Origin: Candidatus Eiseniibacteriota bacterium
GTDB lineage: Bacteria; Eisenbacteria; RBG-16-71-46; CAZAMP01
Direction of reading: 5' to 3'
NCBI GenBank assembly: GCA_965224245.1
Contig: OZ245046.1
Span: forward strand, 5,152,001-5,216,000
Length of the DNA stretch: 64,000 nt
Positions 48,928-57,643 of this stretch are shown here, one piece after another. How positions within the stretch are numbered: the stretch's first letter is position 1; each line of letters starts with the position of its first letter. The position numbers were made by a program, and so were the translations under genes. The notes below the pieces were generated by a model. The model searched no databases and was not told the DNA's origin. It worked only from the letters and a program-made list of their open reading frames with translations.

Positions 48928-49064
48928 TCGGCGAGGGTGGGGCGCTACGTCGCTCCGGCTGCCGGCGTCACCGCGAGACCGGGTGGTGGCATCATTTCGT
49001 GCGGGAGAGGCTCCGCGGTGCTTTCGTGTCGCACAAGTCGCGACTCCGGCCCCACCCTCGTCGA
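48928..49064 (+). repeat. Structured intergenic element, copy A (conserved core inside a closing stem)
   Basis: Stem TCGGCGAGGGTGGGGC (48928-48943) / GCCCCACCCTCGTCGA (49049-49064). Core 48950-49041 matches the reverse complement of 49369-49460 at 73/92 positions by manual ungapped alignment. Confidence 0.75.
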
Positions 49065-49292
49065 CCCTGGGCCGAGGTCGTGTGATCAACCCCGGGGTCG
49101 TCGCGGGCACGGATCGCCCCGGGGGGTAGCCGCGGGGATGACGTGGGGGCGACGAGTGGCGGTGGGTGCGTGTTCACTCGCGTCAGTTCGATACCCGGGT
49201 ACGGACTGCATCACGCGCCGGCGGTTGACGGTGCGTTGCGGTGCCGCATGATCGTCCCCGTCACCCCTTCCACACCCAACCCCCAGGCAACA

Positions 49293-49534
49293 CCCGGGTG
49301 TCATTCCCGGTGACGTGCCCGCCGCCGCGCCCGATCGCGCAGGGGACGGTGGGGGTGGTGTCGTCGCAGCGACTGATGCGACACACGAGCACCCCGAAGC
49401 CGCTCCCACACGAAATGATGCCCCCGACTGATCTCACGGCCACGCCGTCCGCCGGAGCGAAGACGACACCACCCCCACCGTCCCCGGAGCGCCCCGAACG
49501 CCGAGGCGAACGTCACGCCCGAGAAACACCCGGG
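49293..49534 (-). repeat. Structured intergenic element, copy B (inverted)
   Basis: Perfect 24-bp inverted repeat GGGGACGGTGGGGGTGGTGTCGTC (49342-49365 / 49462-49485) encloses the core. Outer pairings 49293-49301/49526-49534 and 49310-49316/49510-49516. Confidence 0.75.
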
Positions 49535-49544
49535 AGTCGCCGTC

Positions 49545-50801
49545 TCAGACGGTGGCTTCGGCGAACTCCGGCACCCACTCGCCCCGGCGCATCAGCGGCT
49601 CGCGTGCACCGTCGGCAGAGATGCCGTCGATGTCCAACTCGCCGGACCCGATCATGAAGTCGACGTGGATCAGGCTCGTGTTGCCGCCCATCGCGTTGAA
49701 GGCCTCGTCGGTGGTGCCGGTGGCGCCCTCGCAGCACGTCCGGTACGCCTTGCCCAGCGCGAGGTGGCTGGACGCGTTCTCGTCGTACAGCGTGTTCAGG
49801 AACAGGAGGCCGGACTGCGAAATCGGTGAGCTGTGAGGCACCAGCGCCACCTCACCGAAGCGCGCGGCACCCTCGTCGGTGCCGATCATCCGCTGGAGGA
49901 TCTCGTCTCCGCGACCCGCTTGCGCCTTCACCACACGGCCGCCCTCGATCTCGAAGTGGAAGTCGTCGATCAGGGTGCCGCCGTAGTTGAGGGGCTTCGT
50001 CGAGCGGACGGTTCCCTCGATCCGCTCGCGGTCGGGCAGCGTGAAGACCTCCTCGGTGGGCAGGTTGGGCACGAACGGGTGACCGCTCTGCGTCATGCCG
50101 CGTCCACCCAGCCAGACGTGTCCGTCCGGCAGGCCCACGCGGAGGTCGGTGCCGGGCCCGGAGTAGGCGAGCTCGCGGTAGCGCTTCTCGTTGAGCGTGG
50201 TCCGCCAGGCGGCCAGGTTCGCGATGTGCGACTCCCAGGCCGCAATCGGATCGGGCTGATCGGCGCGCACGGCCTTGAAGATCGCGTCCCACAGAAGCGC
50301 CGTGGCCTCGTCGGCCGACGCGGCGGGGAACACGCGCTGGGCCCACGCGGGGACCGCCGCGGCCACGACGGTCCAGTTGATCGCGTTGCTCATGACCTTC
50401 ACCGAGTACTCGAGCGTGTAGCGCTGGATCGCCTGGTGCATCTCGGTGACGCTCTCCGGATCGAAGCCCGCGAACGCGTCCGGATCGGCCGCGTAGACCG
50501 ACGTGACCGCGCCGCCCCGGGCGAGGTTCTGCGTCAACGAGTCGCCTCGCCACTCCGAGATCATCGACAGCGTGTCCTTCGGCGCGTGCTGGAGGCGCAC
50601 CCGCGCCAGCGGATCGTGCTTCCAGATCGCGTCGACGAACGGCGAGCCCGCGGCGTAGGCGTGCTCGGCCACCCGCTCGACGAACGGCGCGGCCTCGAGC
50701 GGCGTGTTCAGGAGGAGCTGCTGGCCCGGTCGGAGTCCGAGCCCGACGTGGACGACGAGCTTCGCGTAGTTGTCGAGCTTGTCGTCGAATGAGAGTGACA
50801 T
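49545..50801 (-). CDS. Aminopeptidase, M29 family (AmpS/PepS/AmpT)
   Basis: PNLPTEEVFT, GEVALV, LYDENASSHLALG, NTSLIHVDFMIG. Confidence 0.93.
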   Translation of the reverse strand: MSLSFDDKLDNYAKLVVHVGLGLRPGQQLLLNTPLEAAPFVERVAEHAYAAGSPFVDAIWKHDPLARVRLQHAPKDTLSMISEWRGDSLTQNLARGGAVTSVYAADPDAFAGFDPESVTEMHQAIQRYTLEYSVKVMSNAINWTVVAAAVPAWAQRVFPAASADEATALLWDAIFKAVRADQPDPIAAWESHIANLAAWRTTLNEKRYRELAYSGPGTDLRVGLPDGHVWLGGRGMTQSGHPFVPNLPTEEVFTLPDRERIEGTVRSTKPLNYGGTLIDDFHFEIEGGRVVKAQAGRGDEILQRMIGTDEGAARFGEVALVPHSSPISQSGLLFLNTLYDENASSHLALGKAYRTCCEGATGTTDEAFNAMGGNTSLIHVDFMIGSGELDIDGISADGAREPLMRRGEWVPEFAEATV

Positions 50802-50863
50802 CAGAGACCTCGCGTGTCGTGGGTGTGGGTCGTTTCAGCGGCGGAAAGCGTACCAGACCGGAC

Positions 50864-51799
50864 TCAGCGCGACCACGCCGCTTCCACCGGCAGGGTCCGG
50901 GGCAGGACGTCGTAGCGGACCGGCAGCCGCCCCAGGGGCTCCCCGTCGGTCTCGACGGGGCACTCCGCCGAGGGATCGGCGCACGAAACCTCGAGCGTGC
51001 GGGAGCGGAGCATCGACACGTAGGGGAGCGCGCCGTGCGTGCCGGCATACAGGCGGCCGCTCTGCCGCACGAACGTGAGGACGCTGATGTCGCCCACGAT
51101 CGTCACGTCCAGCGCGCCGTCGGTCAGGTCGGCGTCGGGCGCGATCATCATGCCGCCGCCGTAGAAGCGGGCATTGGCGACGGCGATGCTGTTCAGGCGC
51201 GCGACGGGCAGCGGCCCCCGGTCCGTCGCGACGCGGAGCTCGAGGTTGCGCGAGGCCAGAAGGCCCCGGATGGTCCCCAGATAGAACGACACCTTCCCGC
51301 CCAGCCACTTCGGCATCTCCTCGACGCAGCTCGTGACCCGGGCGCTCGCCCCGAGGCCCGAGACGTTCACAAAGAGCCGCCGCACCGTCTCGCCGGACGG
51401 AGCCCGGGCCGCGACGCGTCCGACGTCGACCCGCTGCACCGTCACGACCTCGCGCGAGCCGGGACCCTCGCCGAGGCTCCTGACGAAGTCCGACCCGGTT
51501 CCGACGGGGTGGATGGCCAGGGTCGCGCCATCGGACACCGGGGTCTCGAGATCGGTGTCGAAGAAGCCGTTCACGGCCTCGTTGATGGAGCCGTCGCCTC
51601 CCACGACGACGACGCGCTCGGCCCCGGCCCGGAGCGCGGCCCGGACACGCGTCGTGATGTCGCGGGGTCCCTCCGACAGCACGAGCTCGGTGACGCCCCA
51701 CGCGCGTGAGAGCTCGGACTCGATCGCCCGGCGGCCGCGGGCCACCCGACCGGCGGACGCGCGTGGATTGGCGATCGCGAAGGTGCTCCGCTCGCTCAT
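50864..51799 (-). CDS. Diacylglycerol/lipid kinase family protein
   Basis: IANPRAS, VGGDGSINEAVNG, PVGTGSDF, NARFYGGGM, ETDGE. Confidence 0.9.
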   Translation of the reverse strand: MSERSTFAIANPRASAGRVARGRRAIESELSRAWGVTELVLSEGPRDITTRVRAALRAGAERVVVVGGDGSINEAVNGFFDTDLETPVSDGATLAIHPVGTGSDFVRSLGEGPGSREVVTVQRVDVGRVAARAPSGETVRRLFVNVSGLGASARVTSCVEEMPKWLGGKVSFYLGTIRGLLASRNLELRVATDRGPLPVARLNSIAVANARFYGGGMMIAPDADLTDGALDVTIVGDISVLTFVRQSGRLYAGTHGALPYVSMLRSRTLEVSCADPSAECPVETDGEPLGRLPVRYDVLPRTLPVEAAWSR

Positions 51800-52554
51800 G
51801 GCGCGTCCAGCCGGCCCGCCACGACCGCATACGCCGCCGAGTGTCCCTCGAACCCGGGCGTGAGCACGTTGAGCACGACGATGAGCTCGGTCTCGTCGAT
51901 CAGTCGCACCTCCTCGATCCGGTAGTCGAGGGCGCAGACGCCGGGCGGGGCGAAGTCGTCCACGAGCACGCGCGGACGGTCGCCGGTATGCAGGACGAGG
52001 TCGACCGAGAGCGCCTCGCCGAAGAAGTGGCAGTCGCGTCCGAGCGGCTCGGGGGCGAGCTCGATGCTGAGCTCCCGCCAGCGCATGCCACCGAGCGCGG
52101 GGTGGGTGGCCACGTGCACGCGATGATCGTCGACTCCGAGATCGGTTCGGGGATGCCAGAGAAGGCGACGGCCCACACGCTCGGGGTCGATCCCGAGCGC
52201 GGTCAGCTCGATCGCCGCCCGGTCCCGCAGCTGCCGCCGTACGACGTCCACGCCCACCGTCGAGTTCTCCGGCTCGACGCGGCGCCAGGCCGGCCGGAAC
52301 GCCTGGTTGGTCGCCGTGTCGAACACGTGAACGGAGGCGATCGCCGAGCCGCTCCCGTCCATCACGCCGTACTGCTCGAACGCGGCATGACGCCCGTCGG
52401 GCGAGGTGCCGAGGAAGTGGAAGGTCAGGTGCTCCCCCGCGAGAGCCGCCGTTGCCGACATCGCCGTCATGAACGCGCACGCCGCGATCGACGCCGCGAC
52501 GTCGCGCGCGACCGACCGGAGGGTCGGCCTGGAAACCGATCGCGACGCGTGCAT
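51796..52554 (-). CDS. Secreted DUF2259-like protein
   Basis: Signal peptide followed by 'FLGTSPDGRHAAFEQYGVMDGSG'. The true start may be ~52470. Confidence 0.6.
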   Translation of the reverse strand: MHASRSVSRPTLRSVARDVAASIAACAFMTAMSATAALAGEHLTFHFLGTSPDGRHAAFEQYGVMDGSGSAIASVHVFDTATNQAFRPAWRRVEPENSTVGVDVVRRQLRDRAAIELTALGIDPERVGRRLLWHPRTDLGVDDHRVHVATHPALGGMRWRELSIELAPEPLGRDCHFFGEALSVDLVLHTGDRPRVLVDDFAPPGVCALDYRIEEVRLIDETELIVVLNVLTPGFEGHSAAYAVVAGRLDAP

Positions 52555-52676
52555 GCGGTTGACTCCGGCGGTTGTCTCGACTATTTGATAGCTATGCGCG
52601 GGCGGCAGGCACGCGTGAACGCGCGATGGACTCGCATTGTACTCGACGGTGTTGGGTCACGCACCTGGAGTCACCG

Positions 52677-53156
52677 ATGGCACCTCGACGCTACTGGCTC
52701 ATGAAGAGCGAGCCGGATGTCTTCTCGATCGACGACCTCGCCCGGGACGGGCGCACCTGCTGGGACGGCATCCGGAACTACCAGGCCCGGAACTTCATGC
52801 GCGACGAGATGCACGTCGGTGACCTGGTTCTGTTCTATCACTCCAACGCGAAGCCGCCCGGCATCGCGGGGCTGGCCCAGGTGTGCCGCGAGGCGTATCC
52901 CGACTACACGGCCTGGGACACCCGGAGCGCGTACTTCGACGAGCGCTCCACGCCGGACAACCCCGTCTGGATGATGGTCGACATCGAGTTCGTGGAGCGA
53001 TTCCCCGAGGTGCTCAGCCTCGAGGAGCTGAAGTCCACCCCGGCGCTCGCGGACATGAAGGTCGTCCAGAAGGGCCAGCGCCTGTCCGTGCAGCCGGTCT
53101 CGGCCGCCCACATGGACGCCGTCCTCGAGATGGCGGGAGCGCGGCACACGATCTAG
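52677..53156 (+). CDS. EVE domain protein
   Basis: YWLMKSEPDVFSIDDL, WDGIRNYQARNFM, GDLVLFYHSN, RLSVQPV. Confidence 0.93.
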   Translation: MAPRRYWLMKSEPDVFSIDDLARDGRTCWDGIRNYQARNFMRDEMHVGDLVLFYHSNAKPPGIAGLAQVCREAYPDYTAWDTRSAYFDERSTPDNPVWMMVDIEFVERFPEVLSLEELKSTPALADMKVVQKGQRLSVQPVSAAHMDAVLEMAGARHTI

Positions 53157-56100
53157 ATCGAGCCTCCATCCGACGGCCTCTCCGACTCTGTCCGGGAGCC
53201 CCGCGGAACCCGGAGAGCACGGAGCTCCTGGATTCTCTGGGCCAGGTCGGATTCTCTGTCCGCGCCCAGCTTCTCGGCCACCGACTCCGCCTCGGCAAGC
53301 GCGGCTCGGGCCGCTTCCACGTCTCCAAGCCTCATCTCGAGAGTGCCGATTGCACACAGCGCCTTCCCGAGCTCGACGTGATCACGCACGTCTCGCAGGA
53401 TGCCGGTGCCGAGGGCAAAGTACCGACGCGCCTCGACCAGACGATCCTGCTCTGCGTGTAGTGCACCCAGGCTGCAGAGCGTGTCTCCCTCCGACGATCG
53501 GTTCCCCGTCGCGCGATTGATCGTCAGTGCCCGCTCGAGGTACTCCTGGGCCAGCTTCATCCGACCGTGCTCCATGCAGAGGGTCCCGAGGTTGCTCAGC
53601 ACGATTCCCTGTCCAAGCAGTTGATCGATCTCACGATAAATCGCCAGGGCTTCATCCCCTGTCGCGATTGCGCGGTCGAGGTCTCCGAGGGAGGCGTGGA
53701 AGTTGACCAGGTTCGCGAGCACGGTTGCCTCGGATCGCCGGGCACCCACCTCGCGAGTCATCGCCAGGGCCGCATCGTAGTGGAGGCGCGCTTCCTCGGT
53801 GTGACCGGCTCTGAAGTGCAGGATGCCGAGGCCGCCGAGCAGGACCCCCTCCAGCAGCCGATTGCCCGTGTCACGATGCGCAGCGAGCGCCGCTTCGTAG
53901 CATTCTCTCGACTCCTCCAGGCGGCCCTCGTTGGCGGCGAGAGCGCCGAGGTTGCCGAGAACGACGCCTTCCAGACGCCGGTTTCCGGTCTCTCGGTGAA
54001 CGGCCAGGGCCGCCTCGTAATGCGAACGCGCCTCCTCCCGTCGACCTTGCTGCTGACAGTGTGCGCCGAGATTGCTGAGCGTCGTGGCTTCGGAGGAGCG
54101 GTCACCGACGCGCCTCTCGATGGCCAGCGCCGCCTGGTAGCGGCGGTATGCGTCGGCCGGGCGATCCTGGATCGCGTCGAGATCGCCCAGCAGCCGGCTG
54201 GCCGCCGCCTCACGTCGCCAATCGCGTCCGCGCTGGCTGATGGAGAGTCCGGATTCCGCGTGGGCCCTCGCCGCGTCCATCTTCCCGGCGAGCTGCTCTG
54301 CCCAGGCCACCGACACGAGCACCCGACCGCGTGGCCCGGATTCGGAGATCGACTGAAGTACCTCGTTTCCGAGTCGAACCGCGGTCGAGAGCGGTCCTCG
54401 CAGGGTCAGCACCGCGTTCGCAGCCGCGAACGCATTCGCGGCTAGCGAATCGTCTCCTCTCGCCAGGGCCCGTCGGCATGCCACCAACAGGTTCGAAAGC
54501 TCCAGCGCCAGTGCCGCGCGTCTGGAGACGCCCCGATGCCGGTGAAGCCGCTCGATGGACTCATCGCTACCCATCCCGGCGTAGTATGCACAATGGCGCG
54601 TCTCGACCCCGCACGAGCACCGATCGCTCGACGCGAGCCGGGCGGCCGTGTACTCGCGAACGGTCGCGTACATGCCGAACCTCAGCACACCGTGCGTCAC
54701 CCACGTTCGCAACCAGCTCTTGTCGATCAGGGCCTGAAGCACGTCGAGCACCGGCGGCACCGCAGTGCCATCACCCGGGTCGATCACGGATTCCCCAGCG
54801 TCCAGCGTGAAGCCACCCTCGAAGACAGAGGCTTGCGAGATCGCCAGTCGCTCCCCTCGATCGAGCAGATCCCACGACCAGTCCAGCGTTTCCCGGAGCG
54901 TGGAGCCGTGGTCATCGCCGTGTCCGGTGTCGATCCGGAAGTGTCTGCGGAGGCGATCACGAAGCTGAGCCAGATCGAGCCGACGAAGACGAGCCGCCGC
55001 GAGCTCGATTGCCAGGGGCATTCCTCCCAACCGACGGACGATGTCCGCGGCGATCGAGTGGTTGCGTGCCGTCAGGCGAAAGCCCGGCTGGTACCCGATC
55101 GCCCGCGCCTCGAACAGCGTCGCCCCAGAGGTCATCGGGTCGAGGGGCTCCAGCTCGATCGCGACCTCCTCGGGCATCTGAAGCCGTGCCCGGCTGGTGA
55201 TCACGAACACGGCACTCGTCGCCATCTGGAGCCAGACCCGCAGGACCTCGGTCGAGCCCGGGGCCCTTGGATCCAACCCGTCGAGGATGACCAAGCATTC
55301 GGCACGCGCGGCGATGGCGTGGCCGATTCTCTCGATGGGGTCGTCGCGGTCGAGAACGATGTCCAGCACGGTGGCGACCACGCGCGCCAGGTCGTCGGCG
55401 TCGAGCGCCTCGCTCACATCACAGAACCAGACGCCGCCCGGCCAGACGTCGAGGCTCCGCCACCCGTGGTGTTGAGCCAGGCGCGTCTTGCCGATCCCTC
55501 CGGGCCCGTGAACGGTGAAGAGCCGCGATGACGATGCCCGCGCTCCCGGCGAGAACTCCGCGAGGAGGTCGAGCTCGCCTTGGCGACCGACGAACACGTC
55601 GCGCTCGGCGGGTAGAGACCTCGGAGTCTCCCGGCTGGCGACCGGGCGCCCTTCGATGACGCGAATGGCATCGCCCGCGGTGGCGGGACGGCTCTCCGGG
55701 TCCTCGGCGAGGAGCAGACCAACCGCGTGATCCCACCTCGCATCGACTGGTACGAAGTCCGTGACCCGCGGACGCGGCTTGTCGAGACACGCCCTTGCGG
55801 CCTCGACCGAGGTGGCTTCCGGAAACGGGAGGCGACCGGTCGCCATCTCGAACAGCACGACGCCAAGAGCGTACAGGTCGCCACGCGGTCCCGATGTCTT
55901 GCCTCGGAGCTGCTCTGGCGCCATGTGTGTCGGCGTTCCCGCGACTCTCGTGGGCTCCGGCGCGTCTGGCGGCGTCGCGATCGTTCCGGTCACCGATCTG
56001 TCAGGACCGGCGTCGTGATCGCCCGAGGGGACGCCGTACTCGAATGCCCTTGCGAGTCCGAAGTCGGTGATGACCGTGCGATCGCCTCCGTCCACACGCG

Positions 56101-56782
56101 TGAGCATGATGTTGGCGCTCTTGAAGTCGCCATGAACGATCCCCGAGCGGTGCGCGGCGTCGAGGCCGTCCGCAAGCTGATACGCCAGGGCCAGCGCCTG
56201 GTCGGCGTCGATCGGCCCCTCCCGTCGAATACGACTTCGGAGAGTCTCTCCTCGCAGGTAGTCCATGACGAGAAAGAGCAGCTCTCCCACCGCATTCTGG
56301 TGTCGGCCGAACTCGTAGATCCTGCAGATACCGGGATCGAACACGGAGCGCGCCGCGAGAAACTCTTGCTTGAAGCGATGGAGGACGGCCGCGTCCAGCG
56401 CGAACTCCGACCGTAGCGTCTTGACCGCCACCTGGACCCGGAGCCGGGTGTCCCTCGCGAGATAGACCTCTCCCATTCCTCCCCGGGCGATGAATCGCAC
56501 GATACGATATCGGCCGGCAACGACTTCGTCGATCCTGAGCCGCGGAGCTGACGGCCGGCGTAGCTTCGGCCGAAGTGCCTCCGTGATCGCGTCATCGATC
56601 GAATCGTGTGGCAGATCGGACCGTCGAATCAGGCGTTGCGCGAGCAGCGCCAGCTCGGGATCTCGCCGGGCGAGCTCCGACAGCCGATCGGAGCGTTCAC
56701 GGGGAGGGCGATCGAGAAGGTCGAGCACGATCGAACGCAGAGTGGCGAATCGAGACGGCGAGAGAGGAGACGGTGGGATCAT
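53153..56782 (-). CDS. Ser/Thr kinase - STAND ATPase (NB-ARC-like) - TPR fusion protein
   Basis: Kinase: ARGGMGEVY, VAVK, HGDFKSANI, DFGLA, APEQ. Walker A GPGGIGKT, Walker B VILDG, GGMPLAIELAA. About 9 TPRs. No signal peptide or TM segment seen. Confidence 0.9.
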   Translation of the reverse strand: MIPPSPLSPSRFATLRSIVLDLLDRPPRERSDRLSELARRDPELALLAQRLIRRSDLPHDSIDDAITEALRPKLRRPSAPRLRIDEVVAGRYRIVRFIARGGMGEVYLARDTRLRVQVAVKTLRSEFALDAAVLHRFKQEFLAARSVFDPGICRIYEFGRHQNAVGELLFLVMDYLRGETLRSRIRREGPIDADQALALAYQLADGLDAAHRSGIVHGDFKSANIMLTRVDGGDRTVITDFGLARAFEYGVPSGDHDAGPDRSVTGTIATPPDAPEPTRVAGTPTHMAPEQLRGKTSGPRGDLYALGVVLFEMATGRLPFPEATSVEAARACLDKPRPRVTDFVPVDARWDHAVGLLLAEDPESRPATAGDAIRVIEGRPVASRETPRSLPAERDVFVGRQGELDLLAEFSPGARASSSRLFTVHGPGGIGKTRLAQHHGWRSLDVWPGGVWFCDVSEALDADDLARVVATVLDIVLDRDDPIERIGHAIAARAECLVILDGLDPRAPGSTEVLRVWLQMATSAVFVITSRARLQMPEEVAIELEPLDPMTSGATLFEARAIGYQPGFRLTARNHSIAADIVRRLGGMPLAIELAAARLRRLDLAQLRDRLRRHFRIDTGHGDDHGSTLRETLDWSWDLLDRGERLAISQASVFEGGFTLDAGESVIDPGDGTAVPPVLDVLQALIDKSWLRTWVTHGVLRFGMYATVREYTAARLASSDRCSCGVETRHCAYYAGMGSDESIERLHRHRGVSRRAALALELSNLLVACRRALARGDDSLAANAFAAANAVLTLRGPLSTAVRLGNEVLQSISESGPRGRVLVSVAWAEQLAGKMDAARAHAESGLSISQRGRDWRREAAASRLLGDLDAIQDRPADAYRRYQAALAIERRVGDRSSEATTLSNLGAHCQQQGRREEARSHYEAALAVHRETGNRRLEGVVLGNLGALAANEGRLEESRECYEAALAAHRDTGNRLLEGVLLGGLGILHFRAGHTEEARLHYDAALAMTREVGARRSEATVLANLVNFHASLGDLDRAIATGDEALAIYREIDQLLGQGIVLSNLGTLCMEHGRMKLAQEYLERALTINRATGNRSSEGDTLCSLGALHAEQDRLVEARRYFALGTGILRDVRDHVELGKALCAIGTLEMRLGDVEAARAALAEAESVAEKLGADRESDLAQRIQELRALRVPRGSRTESERPSDGGSI

Positions 56783-57432
56783 GAACGTGGCGTTCCCCCG
56801 TCGTCCTCGTTACGACGTCCGGAGTCTCCCTCGCTGGCCTCTCGCTGGGGCCGGGTCTCGTCGATCTGATCGAGTAGCCACAGCCGCGCGACTTGCCAGT
56901 CGTTGGTGACCGTTCGCCTCGACACTCCCAGGACCTCGGCGGTCTCGGTCTCGGTCAGCCCGCCGAACACCCGGAGCTCGACGACGCGCGCCATGCGGGG
57001 ATCCATCACCGCGAGCTGCTCGAGGATCTCGTTGACCTCGAGAACCTGCTCGGCGTCATCGATCGCGAGCTCGAGCAGACCATCGAGCGGAACGCGCTGC
57101 CGTGGCCCGCCGCGCTTCTGCGCCGTCTTCCGTCGCGCGTGCTCGACCAGGATCTGGCGCATGGCGCGTGTGGCGATCCCAAAGAAGTGTGCCCGGGACT
57201 GCCATGGAACCACCGCGTCACGCGTCAGCCGAACGTACGCCTCGTTCACGAGCGCCGTCGGTTGGAGGGTGTGATCCTCGCGCTCCCGCGTCATGAGGCG
57301 GTTCGCGATTGCGCGCAGCTCACGGTAGGCGGTCGAGAAGACGACGTCGGTCACCGCTCTCGTGGGAGGTCGGGTCCCGAGGTCCAGGAGGATCGCCGTG
57401 ATCTCCTGGCTGGGCTTCGAGGACGAGGACAT
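56779..57432 (-). CDS. ECF sigma factor of the Ser/Thr-kinase-associated type (TIGR02999-like)
   Basis: YRELRAIA, HTLQPTALVNEAY, SRAHFF.IA.RAMRQILV, KRGG, VELRVFGGLT..E.AEVLGVSRRTV..DW. Its stop overlaps the kinase ATG (ATGA). Confidence 0.92.
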   Translation of the reverse strand: MSSSSKPSQEITAILLDLGTRPPTRAVTDVVFSTAYRELRAIANRLMTREREDHTLQPTALVNEAYVRLTRDAVVPWQSRAHFFGIATRAMRQILVEHARRKTAQKRGGPRQRVPLDGLLELAIDDAEQVLEVNEILEQLAVMDPRMARVVELRVFGGLTETETAEVLGVSRRTVTNDWQVARLWLLDQIDETRPQREASEGDSGRRNEDDGGTPRS

Positions 57433-57643
57433 CGTGGTTCTCCCGAAAACCCCGATCTTATCACAGGTGAACCTCGAAAACGGCGACCGGTCTGGATCAT
57501 AAGTTGCACAAAGGCAATATGTTACAACCGAGAGGGAGGATCCAGACCTTCGTTGGACGAGACAGCGCTGCGCAATCCGTCGCCGTCTTGCACATCTCGA
57601 ATCAGGAATCCGATCCAGTCGATTCGATGCAGGAGGGCCACAG

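Noticed and set aside
48890-49540. Integron attC cassette, tRNA or IS ends as the identity of the intergenic inverted elements
   Set aside because: No RYYYAAC/GTTRRRY boxes, no cloverleaf or T-loop signature, no integrase or transposase nearby, and no obvious target-site duplication.
52677-56782. EVE + kinase-STAND as an anti-phage system
   Set aside because: The genes are convergent, not an operon. Stand-alone EVE is a common housekeeping-type gene, and no nuclease or other effector domain is visible.
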